From Octopus vulgaris (lineage: Eukaryota), in contig OX597831.1 of the NCBI GenBank assembly GCA_951406725.2, positions 50,344,001 through 50,408,000 on the forward strand: a stretch of DNA of 64,000 bases. The letters are read 5' to 3'. Below, piece by piece: positions 13,175-28,000 of this stretch. The position numbers were made by a program, and so were the translations under genes. The notes below the pieces were generated by a model that ran no database searches, had not been told where the DNA came from, and saw only the letters and a program-made list of their open reading frames with translations. Within the stretch, counting starts at the first letter, position 1; each line of letters begins with the position of its first letter.

Positions 13175-14276
13175 TAGAAAACTTTTTAATATAAAAAGTT
13201 TTGGTTGTGAATAAATCTCCACTCTCTTCTTGGTTTTCATTTTTACACACACACAGACATGTATATATATACATACATGCGACAGTTTCCGTCTACCACA
13301 TTCTATCATAAGGTGTTGGTCAGCCAGGGGCTATAATAGATGACATTCAGCCCAAGGCCGTAAGATACCGTGCAGTGGGACTGAACCTGAAACTATGTGC
13401 CAGTTTCCTTCATACGAGGTCGGTCAATTTTCACTTTCACTTCCACCACCTCAATAAAATGAAACGGGAGTCGATATAATCGACTAAGCTCAAGCCTGAA
13501 ATATTGCTGGTATTGTTCTTAAATTAGAAACTATTATTAATTAATATGATAGATTGGGATTATCGCTATGGGAGTGTCGTAGAAAATATATTGAGGTATT
13601 TTTTGAAATCAGGTTGAGGTCGAACCGGGTTATAATTTGTCAGTGCGGGATCGATCAAATATAGTCATATAATGAGATCGTTGTAACCGAAAAGCCGGCG
13701 CCACTCTCAAACACGCTGGACTTGTACATATGTAAGAAATTATTATAACTCACATTTATTTTCATATTCATTCGATACTCTATGTTTACGCACGCTCTCT
13801 CTTTCTTTAATTATAATGATAAAAGATATCACCAATGCAACAATGACAGACGATTTCGTTTAAGTATTTCGCTACATACAAACGGATATGCGTGGAGGGA
13901 ATGTGTATGTGTGTGTGAATATTTATTCCAATGCCGTTGGGGAATGAGGAGTCTGATTGTGTTTTCCTCAGAAGGCAATCATACAAATTCTATAGCTTTA
14001 TTCGTAATATGAATTTATTCGCTCATAGCGAATGAACAAACAATTAGCTCATAATAAATGCCAAGTTGAATGAACTATTCAACATTGAAACTTATTAAAA
14101 CACTTGCAACCGATTTGAACAAATGACAGGATCGGTTGTTTTAATTTCTGTAGACATTTCACTCAAGGCAAACCACAAGTGTCCACAATATTCTCGCGAG
14201 CTAAGTTATAAATTAGCATAAGAGACTATATACACTTCCTACATAGGTGTATGTGTGTACGTGTGTGTCTGTCTGC

Positions 14277-14279
14277 ATA

Positions 14280-14363
<84 letters not shown>

Positions 14364-14401
14364 CATATATATATATGCATATATATATATACATATATAC
14401 A

Positions 14402-14451
<50 letters not shown>

Positions 14452-14465
14452 CATATATATATATA

Positions 14466-14511
<46 letters not shown>

Positions 14512-14592
14512 TATATACATACATATATATATATATATATACATATATATATACATATATATATATATACATATATATATACATACATATAC

Positions 14593-14634
<42 letters not shown>

Positions 14635-14700
14635 ATATACATATATATATATACATACATATATATGTATATATATACATATTTATATATATAATGTATA
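14277..14700. repeat. ~420-bp interrupted (TA)n/(TACA) microsatellite
   Basis: Directly visible; explains the six-frame YI-repeat ORFs. Confidence 0.95.
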
Positions 14701-15363
14701 ATGCATGTATATATGTATATAATGTATGTATATGCATGTATATATTTACATGTCTGTGTGTGGAGTGGAGGGTGCTTGTGTGTGCATCTATGTATATGTA
14801 CAAATAATGTTATCTTTATACTGAAATAGGTCGGGAACAATGAAAGAGGCGCTCCTCTGAAATATATTTAGCTTACCAAAGAAGCTAGTTTTGTTTTTAT
14901 CGAATATTGTTGCCCATGAGACTGATTTCAATTACCACAATTAGCCCGTGCAAACTTAGGTACATTTAGTAGACAGCAGGTTGTGATTAAAGGATGATTT
15001 GACTGCTATTCTTATTATCATTAAGGATGATTTGACTGCTATTCCTATTATTATTAAAATGGATGGTAATTTTTATCAGGGTCAACTTAGCTTAATGGTA
15101 GACCAGATATTTTCCTCCCTATAAGGGTAAATACCCAATCCCTCTCTGTTATTTTCACAGTTATACTGCGGTAGAAATTTAGTTTCTTGTCTATTAAATA
15201 CCAGCACGTCCGACGCTTGCATACTTTGTTTATAAAATATTCTCGCATTTGAATAGCTATTATTTAGCCTTAAAATTGACGGTAAATGTTATCAGAAGAC
15301 GTTCAACTTAATGGTTTCGCAGCTGTGATCGAAATTTACTTTCTTATCGCTTATATATATATA

Positions 15364-15427
<64 letters not shown>

Positions 15428-16483
15428 TGACAACAAAAGAATGGATGAGGCGTCGATATTATGTAAAATAGAGGAATTTATCTGCAGATATATAAACGTA
15501 TTGCGATAGACTGGCGTCCCGTCCAGCTGGGGGCGTGGCACACACATACGCCACAGAAACCGGGAAACCGGGTCCATGAGCCTGGCTAAGCTTGAAAAGG
15601 GCGACGTCTATCGTTTTATATAAACGTATATACATATATATATGTGTATACAAATGAGTTATATATGTAGATATGAAGGTGTAGATGTGTTTGACAGGAG
15701 GGTGCATTTGTGTATATACATATATAAATCATTTGTATATTGAGGTTTTGTGGCGAATATAAATGTTTTACGGTTATGTTTTTGACGTCTGTGTTTTTAT
15801 TTGTATATACGTCTATCTGCGTATGTATGTGCATGTGCGTATAGACTATGTTTTGTATATCCGCGAATGTACGTGTATGTGCGTATAGAGATGTGTATGC
15901 ATGTAGAGATGTGTATATGAGCGTAGTGAAGCGTGCATGGATATATATGCATGTGTATGTGCGTGTAAGCGTGTATATATATATATATATATATATAATA
16001 ACAATTTAATAAATAAAACATATGCATACATACATACATATATGTACATACCCACATCTATATGTGGGTATGTACATATATGTACGGACTTTTTTTTAAC
16101 AACGAAAAACAGAGTACAAGACATACAACACAAGGAACATTCCCCTTCTTCAGCTGCCCCAGTTTCGACTCAATGCGTGTTTCTGCCCTTACCTTCGAAA
16201 CAACCAAGTTACTACCAACATGGACATATATACTAATAGATATGGCTTGAAGGATATTTAACTGCATTTTGGCTCAGGTCTTGATATTATACAATATTGT
16301 CGTTTCGCTGAACCATACGTATAAACAAATATACATAAGAAAATGCGGTATAAACTGACAGAATTGGTTGCTATTTCTAGAAGTTTCAGAGAAGCTACTG
16401 TAGGAATTAACCACGAACATATAAAAACGCGAGACGTCATCCTTCTTCTATTCTTTTGGCTTCTGTCTGCCTATTTCTGTCTC

Positions 16484-16550
<67 letters not shown>

Positions 16551-17392
16551 ATTTCTCGCCATATGTCTCACTTATCTCCTAAAGTTCTACGAATCCATAC
16601 AGAGAGAAAGAGAAAAATAAATATCAAAGAACCCAGAAGATGGAAACACAAAATGCAGAATTTGGCACACAAATGTTCTTTCAAATTCTTTCTTTTCCTG
16701 ACACTGCCAATCTTCCCCCAAGTTCTTCATAATATATATTAATTTGGCATACAATCGGACATACTTTGAGGGTGATTTGGCTACTATTTTTCAAAATAAT
16801 TTTCATACAATTTTCTTATGTGATCAATAATAATATTCATAATTTTTGAGTGGTTGTTTTCTATGTTCTGAATACAAAAGAGATATACATAAAAACAATT
16901 CAGCACACATACGTACACACGGATATGCCCATATCAAATTTTGTGTGTGCGAGTTCATGTCTGTGTGTGTGAATATTTGCTTGTATGTGTATGTGTGTGC
17001 TTGCGCGAGTGCGTGGCTCCCTCAATGAAGTACTGTTCCAATATCTGGGATGGTATTGCTACTCGGACGTCCTGGATGGAGAAAGGAAACTCGACTGGCT
17101 AGCATTAATTCACTAACGGACATATCGCAGCCCCGGGTACACAGGTGTACGATATACTCTCTGCCTTCTACGAATACTCTACTGAATGGCCTCTACTTCT
17201 CAGAGTTGTCGATATCTCGGTCCCCCTTCTCTTTATATCGACTCCAATGTTCAACTGGAGCAAGTTTATCATTATCGAAAGGATAAATGGAAAAGTTTAC
17301 CAAGATGGAAGTTGAACTCATAATGTAAAACCAGAAGAAATGCTGTTAAACATTTTGTTCAACATAATAACGATTCTGCTAATGTATAGATA

Positions 17393-17719
17393 AAACGATA
17401 ATCGATAAACGTATCATTTTTCAAACCTAACCAGGCTCATGGGCCGGTTTCCCGGTTTCTGTGGCGTATGTGCCCCCCCCCCCCCAGATGGACTGGACGC
17501 CAGTCCATCGCAGCGTTACTCAAGAAACAAGAAGAGAGAGTGAGAGGAAGTTGTGGCGAAAGAGTACACCAGGGGTCACCACCACCCCCAGCCGGAGTCG
17601 TGGAGCTTTTTTATGTGTGTCCGCTCAATAAACACACACAACGTCCGGTCTAGGAATCGAAACCGCGATCCTCCGACCGCATCTTCACTGCCCTAACCAC
17701 TGGGCCATTGCGCCTCCAC
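17393..17719 (-). mobile_element. tRNA-derived SINE, family 3
   Basis: Homologous to 1870-2169. 13-bp TSD TAATGTATAGATA at 17380-17392 and 17720-17732. Confidence 0.85.
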
Positions 17720-18264
17720 TAATGTATAGATATAGATACAATTTGCAGAAAATATATAAGCAATACGCAATAGTAGGCGGAATATCTCTATGCCGCCATT
17801 AAATCTTTGTTATTGTATCTTGGAAATTTGCCAACACCATACAAATTAATTCTATATCACTGCTTTACTTTTTGTATTATGTCAGCTGGTTAAATAATTT
17901 ATCAATAATTTATCAATTAACTAAATGTTTGAGCAATAAATTTTTCGGATGGTAGTGAGTGTTTTTTCATTGCAACAATGTAACCACCTTACTCCGGATT
18001 TGTCCATTTGTCTGAGACAAATTCTTGCAACCGTCTTACAGTTTGTTGATGTTGTAGTCAATAAAAGTTGTAGTCAACAGGAGCTGACAAGAAAATTTCA
18101 AATTTCGAAACTATAGCAACACACACAATCCTCTAATTGTTTTTTTCTGCGCTTCTTTATAAAGTACACCTGGATTTTCTAAGGAGATGGTATCAAGTAG
18201 ATATATACAGGTATATATGTGTGTATATAGACACACATACACTCACATGCGCGCATATATATAT

Positions 18265-18675
18265 ACTCTTTTTACTCTTTTACTCTTTTACTTGTTTCAG
18301 TCATTTGACTGCTGCCATGCTGACGCACCGTCTTTAGTCCGGCAAATCGACCCCAGGACTTATTCTTTGGAAGCCTAGTGCTTATTCTATCAGTCTCTTT
18401 TGTCGAACCGCTAAGTTACGGGCACGTAAACACACCACCATCGGTTGTCAAGCGATATTGTGGGGACAAACACAGACACACAAACATATACACACGCATA
18501 TATATGCATATATATATGACGGTCTTTATTTCAGTTTCTGTCTACCAAATCCACATTTATACTATAGCCCGAGGCTATAGTATAAGTAACTTGCCCAAGG
18601 TGCCCCACAGTGGGACTGAATCCGGAACTGCGTGGTTGGTAAGCAAGCTACTTACAACGCAGCCACTCCTGCGCC
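18265..18675 (-). mobile_element. tRNA-derived SINE, family 1
   Basis: Reverse complement of the 2948-3461 family. Confidence 0.85.
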
Positions 18676-18907
18676 TATACATATACATACACACACACAC
18701 ACACACATACACACACACATATATATATATATATACATACATTCATACATACAAACATACAGACATACACTCGCACAAACACTCACACACACACACACAT
18801 CTATATATATATATATACACCCGCAATTAGAAGATAAAAATCATTAAAATTTTTGTCAATGGCCAGGATATGAATAAACCCATTTGGGTAATTACATATA
18901 TAGAGAC

Positions 18908-19033
18908 TTATAATAGTATAAAATACAATTATAATTAAGGGAACCGAGGCTTCTGTGTCTATATACGTCTTTCTCCAGCGTATAGGCACACAGAAGCCTC
19001 CGTTCTCTTATATTTTATTTTATACTATTATAA
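18908..19033. repeat. 126-bp fold-back inverted repeat (hairpin/MITE-like)
   Basis: Perfect 18-bp outer arms TTATAATAGTATAAAATA (18908-18925, 19016-19033). Inner arms 'aagggaaccgaggcttctgtgtctatatacg' / 'cgtataggcacacagaagcctccgttctctt' around an 11-nt loop. Confidence 0.85.
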
Positions 19034-19730
19034 AACTCTCTCTCTCTATCTCTGTCTGCAGCTAAATATATCATATTTATTTATATTGTTCTCGCCAACC
19101 ACTGGCTTTTGATCGAATTTCTAGTTGCGTTGTGTGGCAACAATATTTCATATTAGAGATGGTTTCTGAATTTTATCAATGTTTGAACGTTTCGCTTAAA
19201 GTGATTTTTTGTTCTTTGTTACACGGGTGCCTTTTTGATTCAGTTAAATTCTACTCCCTGTCTTGCTTGTAAGTAATCTTGATAGTTTGTGTTACTATCT
19301 TCTATAGTATCGAATATGCTTTTTCGCCCTGTAGCTAAGGCTATTTATTTATGTTGTATTTTTATGGGTTTTTGTTATTGTTACAGATTTTTTTGATTTT
19401 TGTATCTTCAAGCTTTCAAATATATATCTATATTTTTCTCGTGAACACGATAAACATATCTCCTTATCTGTTATTTATATATTATTTTTATTATTTTGCC
19501 TCCGCATGTGTCGGCAGGTATTCAGGATAGATTTTTAATGCTAAGACGTGTATGCATTATTAGCTACGAATCAGGGTGTGCCGTATTTCTTCCTAATACT
19601 TTGCTTTTCATCATCTGGGGTCGAAGAAATGGGAAATATTTGAGTACTGGGCCGATGAATTCCACTTACACCCTCCTCCCAAAAATTCTGGCCTAGTCCC
19701 AGAGTTATGCTGGCAGTTATCCAATATATT

Positions 19731-19786
<56 letters not shown>

Positions 19787-20385
19787 TGCAAGCCACCAAC
19801 AGGACTCAAGATGCGTGCGTGTCCATAAACCATTATTTCCGATTTATTTCGCAGAACCCTCATTTTTTCACAACAGAAACGAACATGTATATATATATAT
19901 ATATATATATCCTGTAAATAATGATAATGGTATTTTTATATAAACTGAAAGTTCATGGCGATCACCGTACAATGACTAAGGAACATAGTCTGATAAAGGG
20001 GCATATATGCCCTCGACAGAAAAAGGGAGCTATTCTATCAGCGTGGATAATAGTTCGCGTTTGCTTTTATGTAACAGTTCGTGTTTGTCAACCGGAGTTC
20101 GTGTGTTTACGTTCCTGTAAACTAGCGTTTCGGCAAAAAACAGGCGGACTGAATAAATACCAGATTTTAAAAAACGCATAGGGGTCGATTCATTGAATTA
20201 ATAATTCTTCAAGATGGTGCTCCAGCATGGCTGCAGTCTAATGACAAAAACAACTAAAATATAAAAGATATGTGACATCTCTGAGTGAGAAACAAATTCA
20301 CTCACAATGCATTGGTCGGTTGGGGGTTATAGAAATGACAATGGACCTGAAAGTGCGTATTTTCAAACATTTTTAACAGATGCAA

Positions 20386-20416
<31 letters not shown>

Positions 20417-20949
20417 CATACTTACATGTATACACATTTGGGTTGTACATTTACCCAATGTTCTTACTACAGGGAAGAGGAATTTTTTTTTCCAATATAT
20501 ACACAATGAAGCTTTACTATAGCGTCGTATATTATCGACTGCTACTTCCAGTAAATATTGGTGCATTGTTGTACCACTATTCTACATTTATACTTTAACT
20601 TTATGTTGCTTTTTTTTACTGAATAGCTATACATTTGTATTACACGATTTAATAAATTATTCTTGGAAAACTTTTTCGCTGTTCTCGGTTCTATTAAGCG
20701 TTCAGGGGAGTGTGTTGGCACTTATGTAGCAACATACAAAATTTTGTCTGTTAAATCTAATGCAAAAGAAATAATCAAATTCACGTTAACAAACGTATTT
20801 TGGAGATTTCGAAATCTAGGTCCTAGATTATCCATATCTGGCTTCAACATTCATCTAATGTTCTTCCTACAGGTAAGATAAATCTTTTTGTGTTCGGCAC
20901 CTGCAAACATCTTTGCCAGTATATACACAGTGAAGCTTTACTATAGCGT

Positions 20950-20981
<32 letters not shown>

Positions 20982-20984
<3 letters not shown>

Positions 20985-22116
20985 GGGTTGAGCAAAATAA
21001 TGGAAAAACCTTGCATCACAACGTCATCATTTTGAAATATCTATAAAACCGTCAAAAGCTTGTTTCTTTTTATGTGTTTTGATTTATTATTAGTGTTGCT
21101 TAATATGTTTTGCTAAAATTGCTGTTCCTTTTCAGACATTATCAGAAAAGGGTGATTAAAATTCATTGAAATGACACATCTATCGGACTTTCAAACAAAT
21201 TAAATTGTTAGTGCTCGTATGGCTGGCGCGAGCGTAAGGAAAACAGCCGAAATGTTTAGGGTATCAAGAGCTACTGTCTCGAAAGTAATGACAGCCTTTG
21301 AGAAAGAGGAAAAAACCTCTTCGTCGAAACAAAACTCCAGAAGAAAACCAAGACTTTCAGATAGGGACCGCCGGACTCTTTCACGAGAGGATTGCAATCA
21401 GAAAACCGCTGCTTTCAAAAACAAACGTTGCAAAGTGTTTAGAGTGGAGTAAAAACGTAGGGAATTGGTTTCTAGAGCAGTGGAAGAATGTTATTTTCTG
21501 GGACGTGTCATCCATTAGCTTATTTCCGACCACCGACCGAGTATCCGTGTGGAGAGAGCCAAAAGAAGCATTGCATTTGACTCAGACTGCCTTCTCTTAA
21601 ACATAGAGAAGGATCTGTGATGATCTAGGGGTGGGGTTGCTATATCTTGGAAATCCGCCGGCCCAATGGTTTTCCTTCATGGAAGAATAAATTGTGAAGA
21701 GTATTTCAGCATTTTATCTGATCAAATTCATCCTATGGTTTTGGAACTGTTTCCGGAGAGAAACGCATTCTTTCAAGCTCATAAAGTACCAATTCACACT
21801 GGAAAATCGTTACTGAATGGCACAAGGAACATTCTTGTGAAGTTGGACATCTTATTTGACAACCGCAGTCCTCACGTCTCAATATTATGGAACATTTATG
21901 GTGCGTTTTAGAAAAACAAGTAAAGAGTCCATATTTTCCACTAGCGTCACTGCAAGAACTGGAGACTGTTTTAGCTGAAGAATGGATAAAAATTCCTTTG
22001 AAAACAATTACCTCGTAGAATTCAAGCTGTAATTAGTGCCAAAGGCGATCCTACCCCATATCAAAATAAATTTGTTTGAAATTTTAAGTTGTTTCCATTA
22101 TTTTGTCCAATTCCTG
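20982..22116 (+). mobile_element. Decayed Tc1-like transposon, same family as 11182-12045
   Basis: TIRs 'caggggttgagcaaaataatggaaa' / 'tttccattattttgtccaattcctg'. Peptides 'AGASVRKTAEMFRVSRATVSKV', 'WKNVIFWD', 'FFQAHKVPIH'. Inserted at a (TA)n tract. Confidence 0.85.
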
Positions 22117-22167
22117 TCTATATACACATACATACATGCATGCATACATACATACATAGATACATAC

Positions 22168-22204
<37 letters not shown>

Positions 22205-22279
22205 CACAATATATATTTACATATATTTGTATTTACATGTACACGCCAAGCACATATATAAATGTGTGTGTGAGTATGC

Positions 22280-22323
<44 letters not shown>

Positions 22324-22741
22324 TGTGCTTGTTTGTTTGAATGTGTGCGGTGTGTGTGTGACTGTATTGAATATATTTCTTACGCACGAATATATGTGTT
22401 CTTTCATCGTTAAATAGTTGTGCAATTACAGAGGTCGTGTAATGAATAGAAACATAATTAAAATTGCATTGAAACATAAGTATGGCACAATATCTACGCC
22501 AATTGTCTTCGATATTAATGTTCAAAGGAGACACGAAGTCCCATAGCCTTACTAAGATCGCATGTAATAATTTCCTTCCAACTCTTTCTCTCTCCCACTC
22601 TTTTTCCCTCCAACTCTTTCTCTACCTCTGTATTATGTATGCATATGTGTATGTATATGTGTGTATGTATGTATGTATGCATGTATGTATGTATATATAT
22701 GTGTGTATATATATATCTATAGTCATATGTATATATGTATG

Positions 22742-22791
<50 letters not shown>

Positions 22792-24395
22792 TACATATGT
22801 ACACATATATGTACATATGAATATAGATAGATATATACACACATATACTTATACACACATACATATACATATATGCACACACACACACATATATATGTGC
22901 TTGTATATTCATATATGCATATATATATATGTACATATTTTTACATACATAGACGCACCAACCACCACCAATCCAGAGAAATATCTTGTATATAAATATA
23001 CGTAAATACATATACATTGAGATGAAAAGAGAGAGAGAGAGAAAGAAAAGAGGGAGAATGTGAATGACGATGGAGAGCAATCGTTGCTTAGTAAGTTAAT
23101 TCGTTTATTCTATCGATGAAAACATTGCGTTAATTGAAAAATACCGTATATACAATTATTAGTGAAAACTGTTGTCATTTACCATAGTAATATATACGAA
23201 ATTCAATAATTCTTTCAAGAACTTTCAAAATACTTGGCTAAATATTTAAACATCATTTTTGAACATTCTTTCAAAGTGACATTGGTGGCAATACTTCATC
23301 TATTCAACGGTTTATAAAAGCATTTTTTTCACTAAAGGCACAATGATTGAAATTCTGGTGGGGTTGTGCTAGTCGATAACATAGACCCCAGTGTTAACTG
23401 GTGCTTGGTTTATCGATTCCGAAAAGATGAAAGACTAGGTTGGCCTCAACGGTATCTGAACTCAAAATGTAGTAATTTGCTAAGAGTTTTGGTCGGCGTG
23501 TTAACTATTTTGCCATTTCGCCACTTCTATTCGAAAAAAATTACGCTGAAATTTGTCCATAAAAAAGTTGGACGTGAAATATAATTACGATGTTAGTTTT
23601 TGGACAAATAATTAAACTGATCATCTAAATCACTCCATATCATTTCCATCGCATCTGCCCCTGGTAAATAAATATTGTTCATGATCCATCGACGCTTCAT
23701 ATCTCTCTCGAGATCCGGTATTTATTGATCAATTTATATCGAGTCCAATTTATTTGTTTTTTTTTATTAATGTTCAATTTAATTGACACCTTCATTATCT
23801 AATACTTCGTATGCCCTAAGCTCATCCATACAGAGGCAGACGTGTGTCCGTTCATAACGATCTGTTTCCGATAACAATTAAGAAATGAAATAATACAGAG
23901 ATAGAATATTATAAAGATTATACAAAGCATGTTTTTAACAACCACTTCCTGAATAGAAACCACAAGTATCCTTGCTTCACCTATGTGTGTGAACTACTAG
24001 CAACACATTATAATACACAATCATCTAGCTTGGAGCAAAATGTAAGTCATATAACTTTTGAAGCCTATTACGAAAACTGCTGAGGCTCCGATGGTCTACG
24101 AGATGCATCTGATGTCATTCCATCGCTTCCCACCCACTAGGGACCAGTGCAGAAGGCAGTCGATACGATCGTGAAGCTTCTAGATACACGCCATCTTCCT
24201 TATCATCGTTTATACACAATGTGTAACTAGAAATTCCTTACATAGATCCTGCGAGGAAAGCGCAGTACCGCAGAAGACCCCTGGTAGCGATAAGTAGAAA
24301 ACCTGCGCAGCAGGCACACGACCGGAACATGGTTTGGATAGTGCATTTTAATATATCCTATCTAAACCCTAATATAAAATTTTAATTTAAAACAG

Positions 24396-24481
<86 letters not shown>

Positions 24482-25092
24482 TTTTTATGTGTACAAAAAC
24501 GGAATGGTCAATTGCCAGTTTAGCCAATAAAAACACACGCACTATATATTTGGTGTTAAAGATATTTATTTTTTACATTAATCTTAAAAAGCACATATAG
24601 TGGTCCTTTGTTTTCTTCTCACTTACTTGTGTCTCTCCTTATAATATATATATATTGTATATTTGATAGATAGATAGTGCGTCTATGTTTATTTAGTGTG
24701 TGTGTGGGGGGGATGCCTGTAATATTTGTATCTTCTGGTTATATACATTCTTGTAATTTGTATTTTGTTTTTGTTGTTGTTGCTTTTGTTCTAATTTTGT
24801 TCATGTGTTTACATCCACCCATTATTATCATTACATATGCTTGTATGTATGTATAACAACAATATTAGTAATAATAATAATAAATCTAATCGAGAAAAAA
24901 AAAAAAAGAATATACATATACATATATATATATATACATACATATACATATACATATATATATATATACATATATACACACATATATACACATATACATA
25001 TACATATATATACACATATACATATATATAGATATTCATTTCTATTTCTTTAATTACCTGTGTATTTATTATGTTTGCAGGATCCACTATTG

Positions 25093-28000
25093 TCATATGT
25101 TGTGGTGTGCGCTATTGCTCCATTCTAGTTTTCTATTCAGGCTAGGTTTATTTTCTATTATATGTGTAGCTTCTGTAATTTGTCTAATTGTTGCATCTGT
25201 TCTATGTGTGGACAATATCTTAATCTCTATGTTATTGATTGATCCCCCGTGTTCTTGTTCGGCGTGTTGGTACAGAATCGATGAGCTTTTACCTTCCTTG
25301 AGTTGTCTCCAATGTTCATTCACCCGCTCACCAATGCTTCTTGCAGTTTCCCTACGTATGTTACTGTCTTGTTACTGCATCGTCCCTCTATACATCTTAT
25401 ACTATAGACCACATTTCTGGCTTTACAGTTCGTTTGTGGGCTAAATCTACATACAGTGCAATAGTTTTCCGTACAGAGAGTTCTACTAAAAGGATAGGTT
25501 CTACCAATTATAGATCTGATAGGGTTGCCTGGCTTTTCAACAACCTTAATTCTTAGTTTAAGTTTATCTAGGGTCCTTCTAAAGCGGTACGCTAGTTCAC
25601 CTCCAGGGGTGGTGTCAACGAACATGACACTCTGGTATTTATGGCTATCATACCAAGAGTTGGCCTTCCTTATTTTCTTTTTTGTCCTTTCTATAGTGTT
25701 CCATGACTTGTTCCTATATAGTGGGCAAATCCCATTCCTATCATTACATAATATATTATCAAATTTCTTCATGGCTCCTTTGTATACTCTGATCCTTTCT
25801 TTATGGCTGTAACCTGAGAACTGCATGCGGTGAATGAAATACTGTATGTGTCTCTTTAATTCTGTAGGCTCGCACATGCGTGACACATTTCTCATTATTC
25901 TGACGAGGTCTGCCATCAAAATATTGAATTTGGCATTGCCCGCAATGGCTGAGTTCCGGTGGATCAGGTATTTTGAGGCCATAGGTTTTGCATAGTATGA
26001 ATGAAGGATTTGGGTTTTATTTTTCACAATTTCTAGCCAGAGTTCAGTGTCTAGTACTGGTAGTCTATGGTTGGGGTGTTTAGTGGGGTAGTCTATTGTG
26101 ACCTTAATACTCTGGTGGATGGAGTTAGCTATTTGCTGGATGCTCTCCATAGTATTAGTTTCTATTACTATATCAACAGTACTCTCTTGTGGGGGTGCCT
26201 TTACTACTATATTGGTATCATCAACATAGCGAGAGTACATGTTTACGAGTATGGATTTCTGCAGTAGGCATTCTTTAAGCCTTCTGTCCCACCATACCAT
26301 GAAGAGGTTGGCCACATCACCAGCGATACTAACACCGATGGCTGCCCCCTCGTCCTGGGCATATATTTTATTATTAAATTTAAATGTGTGGCCTTTTAGG
26401 GTAACTCTTATACTAGCTCCTAGTGCATGTGCGATCATTTTCTTTACCTGATGGACATTTGCGGGGCTCCGTATGGCTCTGGTCCATCCGCGCCATCTTT
26501 CTATATGTGTCTTCCTAGCCATAGAAGTAATTGTAGGCGGTCTACCTCTTAAACATCTACTGGGGCAGAAACTACTAAGATTATGTTTATCTAAGTATTC
26601 ACTATTATATGTCAGTCTAAGTAGGAGGCCCAGTTCTTCTGTGTCGACATTACAGAACTCCACCTGGCTCTCGTTGATCATCTCCACGCACTTCTCCACT
26701 GCAAAATCTACGTCAATCGATGGGTATAGGGATACCACATCCATGCTACCTACTATACATCCTGTCAAGTCACAAGTTTTGTTACAGTCACTGATCCTGC
26801 TTAGGAGATCTTCTGTGCTGTCACATACATCAGGTGACATCCTGATTATAGGGCGTATGATCATTGAGAGGAAGTAGGAGATTCTGTAATTGCTAGCGAT
26901 ATTCGCTCCACAGACTGGTCTTGTTGGTGGTCCTGCTATAGGGTCAGTAAAACCTTTATGGTCCTTGCGAAGTCCATACAGTGCCGGGATATCATTGTTC
27001 CAGGCTTGGAAATTCTTTGCAGTACGTTTCTGAGGTCCCAGAACAATTGTCCACATCATCATGTGGGCATTGAGGACCTTTTCTCTCTCCTCATGCGCCT
27101 GTACAGTTGTTACTTTTGTATTGGCGATATGAGGTTGCATTGCCTGGATGTAGTTCGGTAAGCTGTCTATTGACATCCTGCCGGACTTATCCGTGGGAAG
27201 GCATATCACCTCTCCGTTCCTCGTGCGCTGAATGAGCTTCTGTAGGCCACATGCAGGTTTAATCCCTAGTTGTTGGGCATCTGTCTTATTCTGTCTCTGT
27301 CTCTTAATGTATAAACCTAAAATCTGTCTAAGTTTGGTCCTAGCTATAGTGAACTGTGCTTCCATGTGGTCATTAGTACGTCTTGGGATGTATACCCTTT
27401 TGTTGAAGGGTAATGTTGTTGGATAAATTCGGTTCATGCAGTAAGTTTTGTCGCATACGTTGAAGAATTGAGTGTCAAAGGGATGGGTATACATGTCAAT
27501 GGTCTCTCTAGGGTTATCTTCATTATCGTTACTGTTTCCAACATCAGCCTTCCTATTATTATTATCACCATTACCACTACTACTACTACTAGTATTCCTA
27601 TTACCACCACAACTATCACTACTATCCTCATTACTACTTCTACTGTTACCATCACCACTACTACTACCACTATTATTGTTATTACCTTTATTCCTACCAT
27701 TGCCATTATTACTATCATCGCTAGTGATATATTCATTGTTCCTGTTTCTGGTATATGTGTTGTTTATATTAGTGTTGGGTTTTATGTCTGTCTGTTGGTC
27801 CCTGTCAATCCCCTTGTTGCGGTCGTTATTTTTGTTCCTATGAGTATTGTTATCTGTTTCAAGTCCGCTGACTCCCTGTCCAAGGATCCTGTTGCATTCA
27901 ACTTTATTCTCCATCGTGACCCCTATGACCCAACTTTTATTCGTGTTTTTGTGACTATGGCTATCTGTGTGTGTGTTTGTGTGTCGGTTCTCCCTATAAT

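Noticed and set aside
14213-14840. Overlapping 120-200 aa ORFs in all six frames (also at ~3.0, 22, 37.4, 38.8, 46 and 48 kb)
   Set aside because: These are translations of (TA)n, (CA)n and (TAT)n microsatellites that lack stop codons; they are not genes.
14990-15055. 33-bp tandem duplication
   Set aside because: A simple two-unit local duplication; no array or spacer structure, so not CRISPR-like.
24060-24340. GC-richer non-repetitive segment next to the PLE-A left end
   Set aside because: Stops in the frames examined, and no recognisable motif or splice-site pair.
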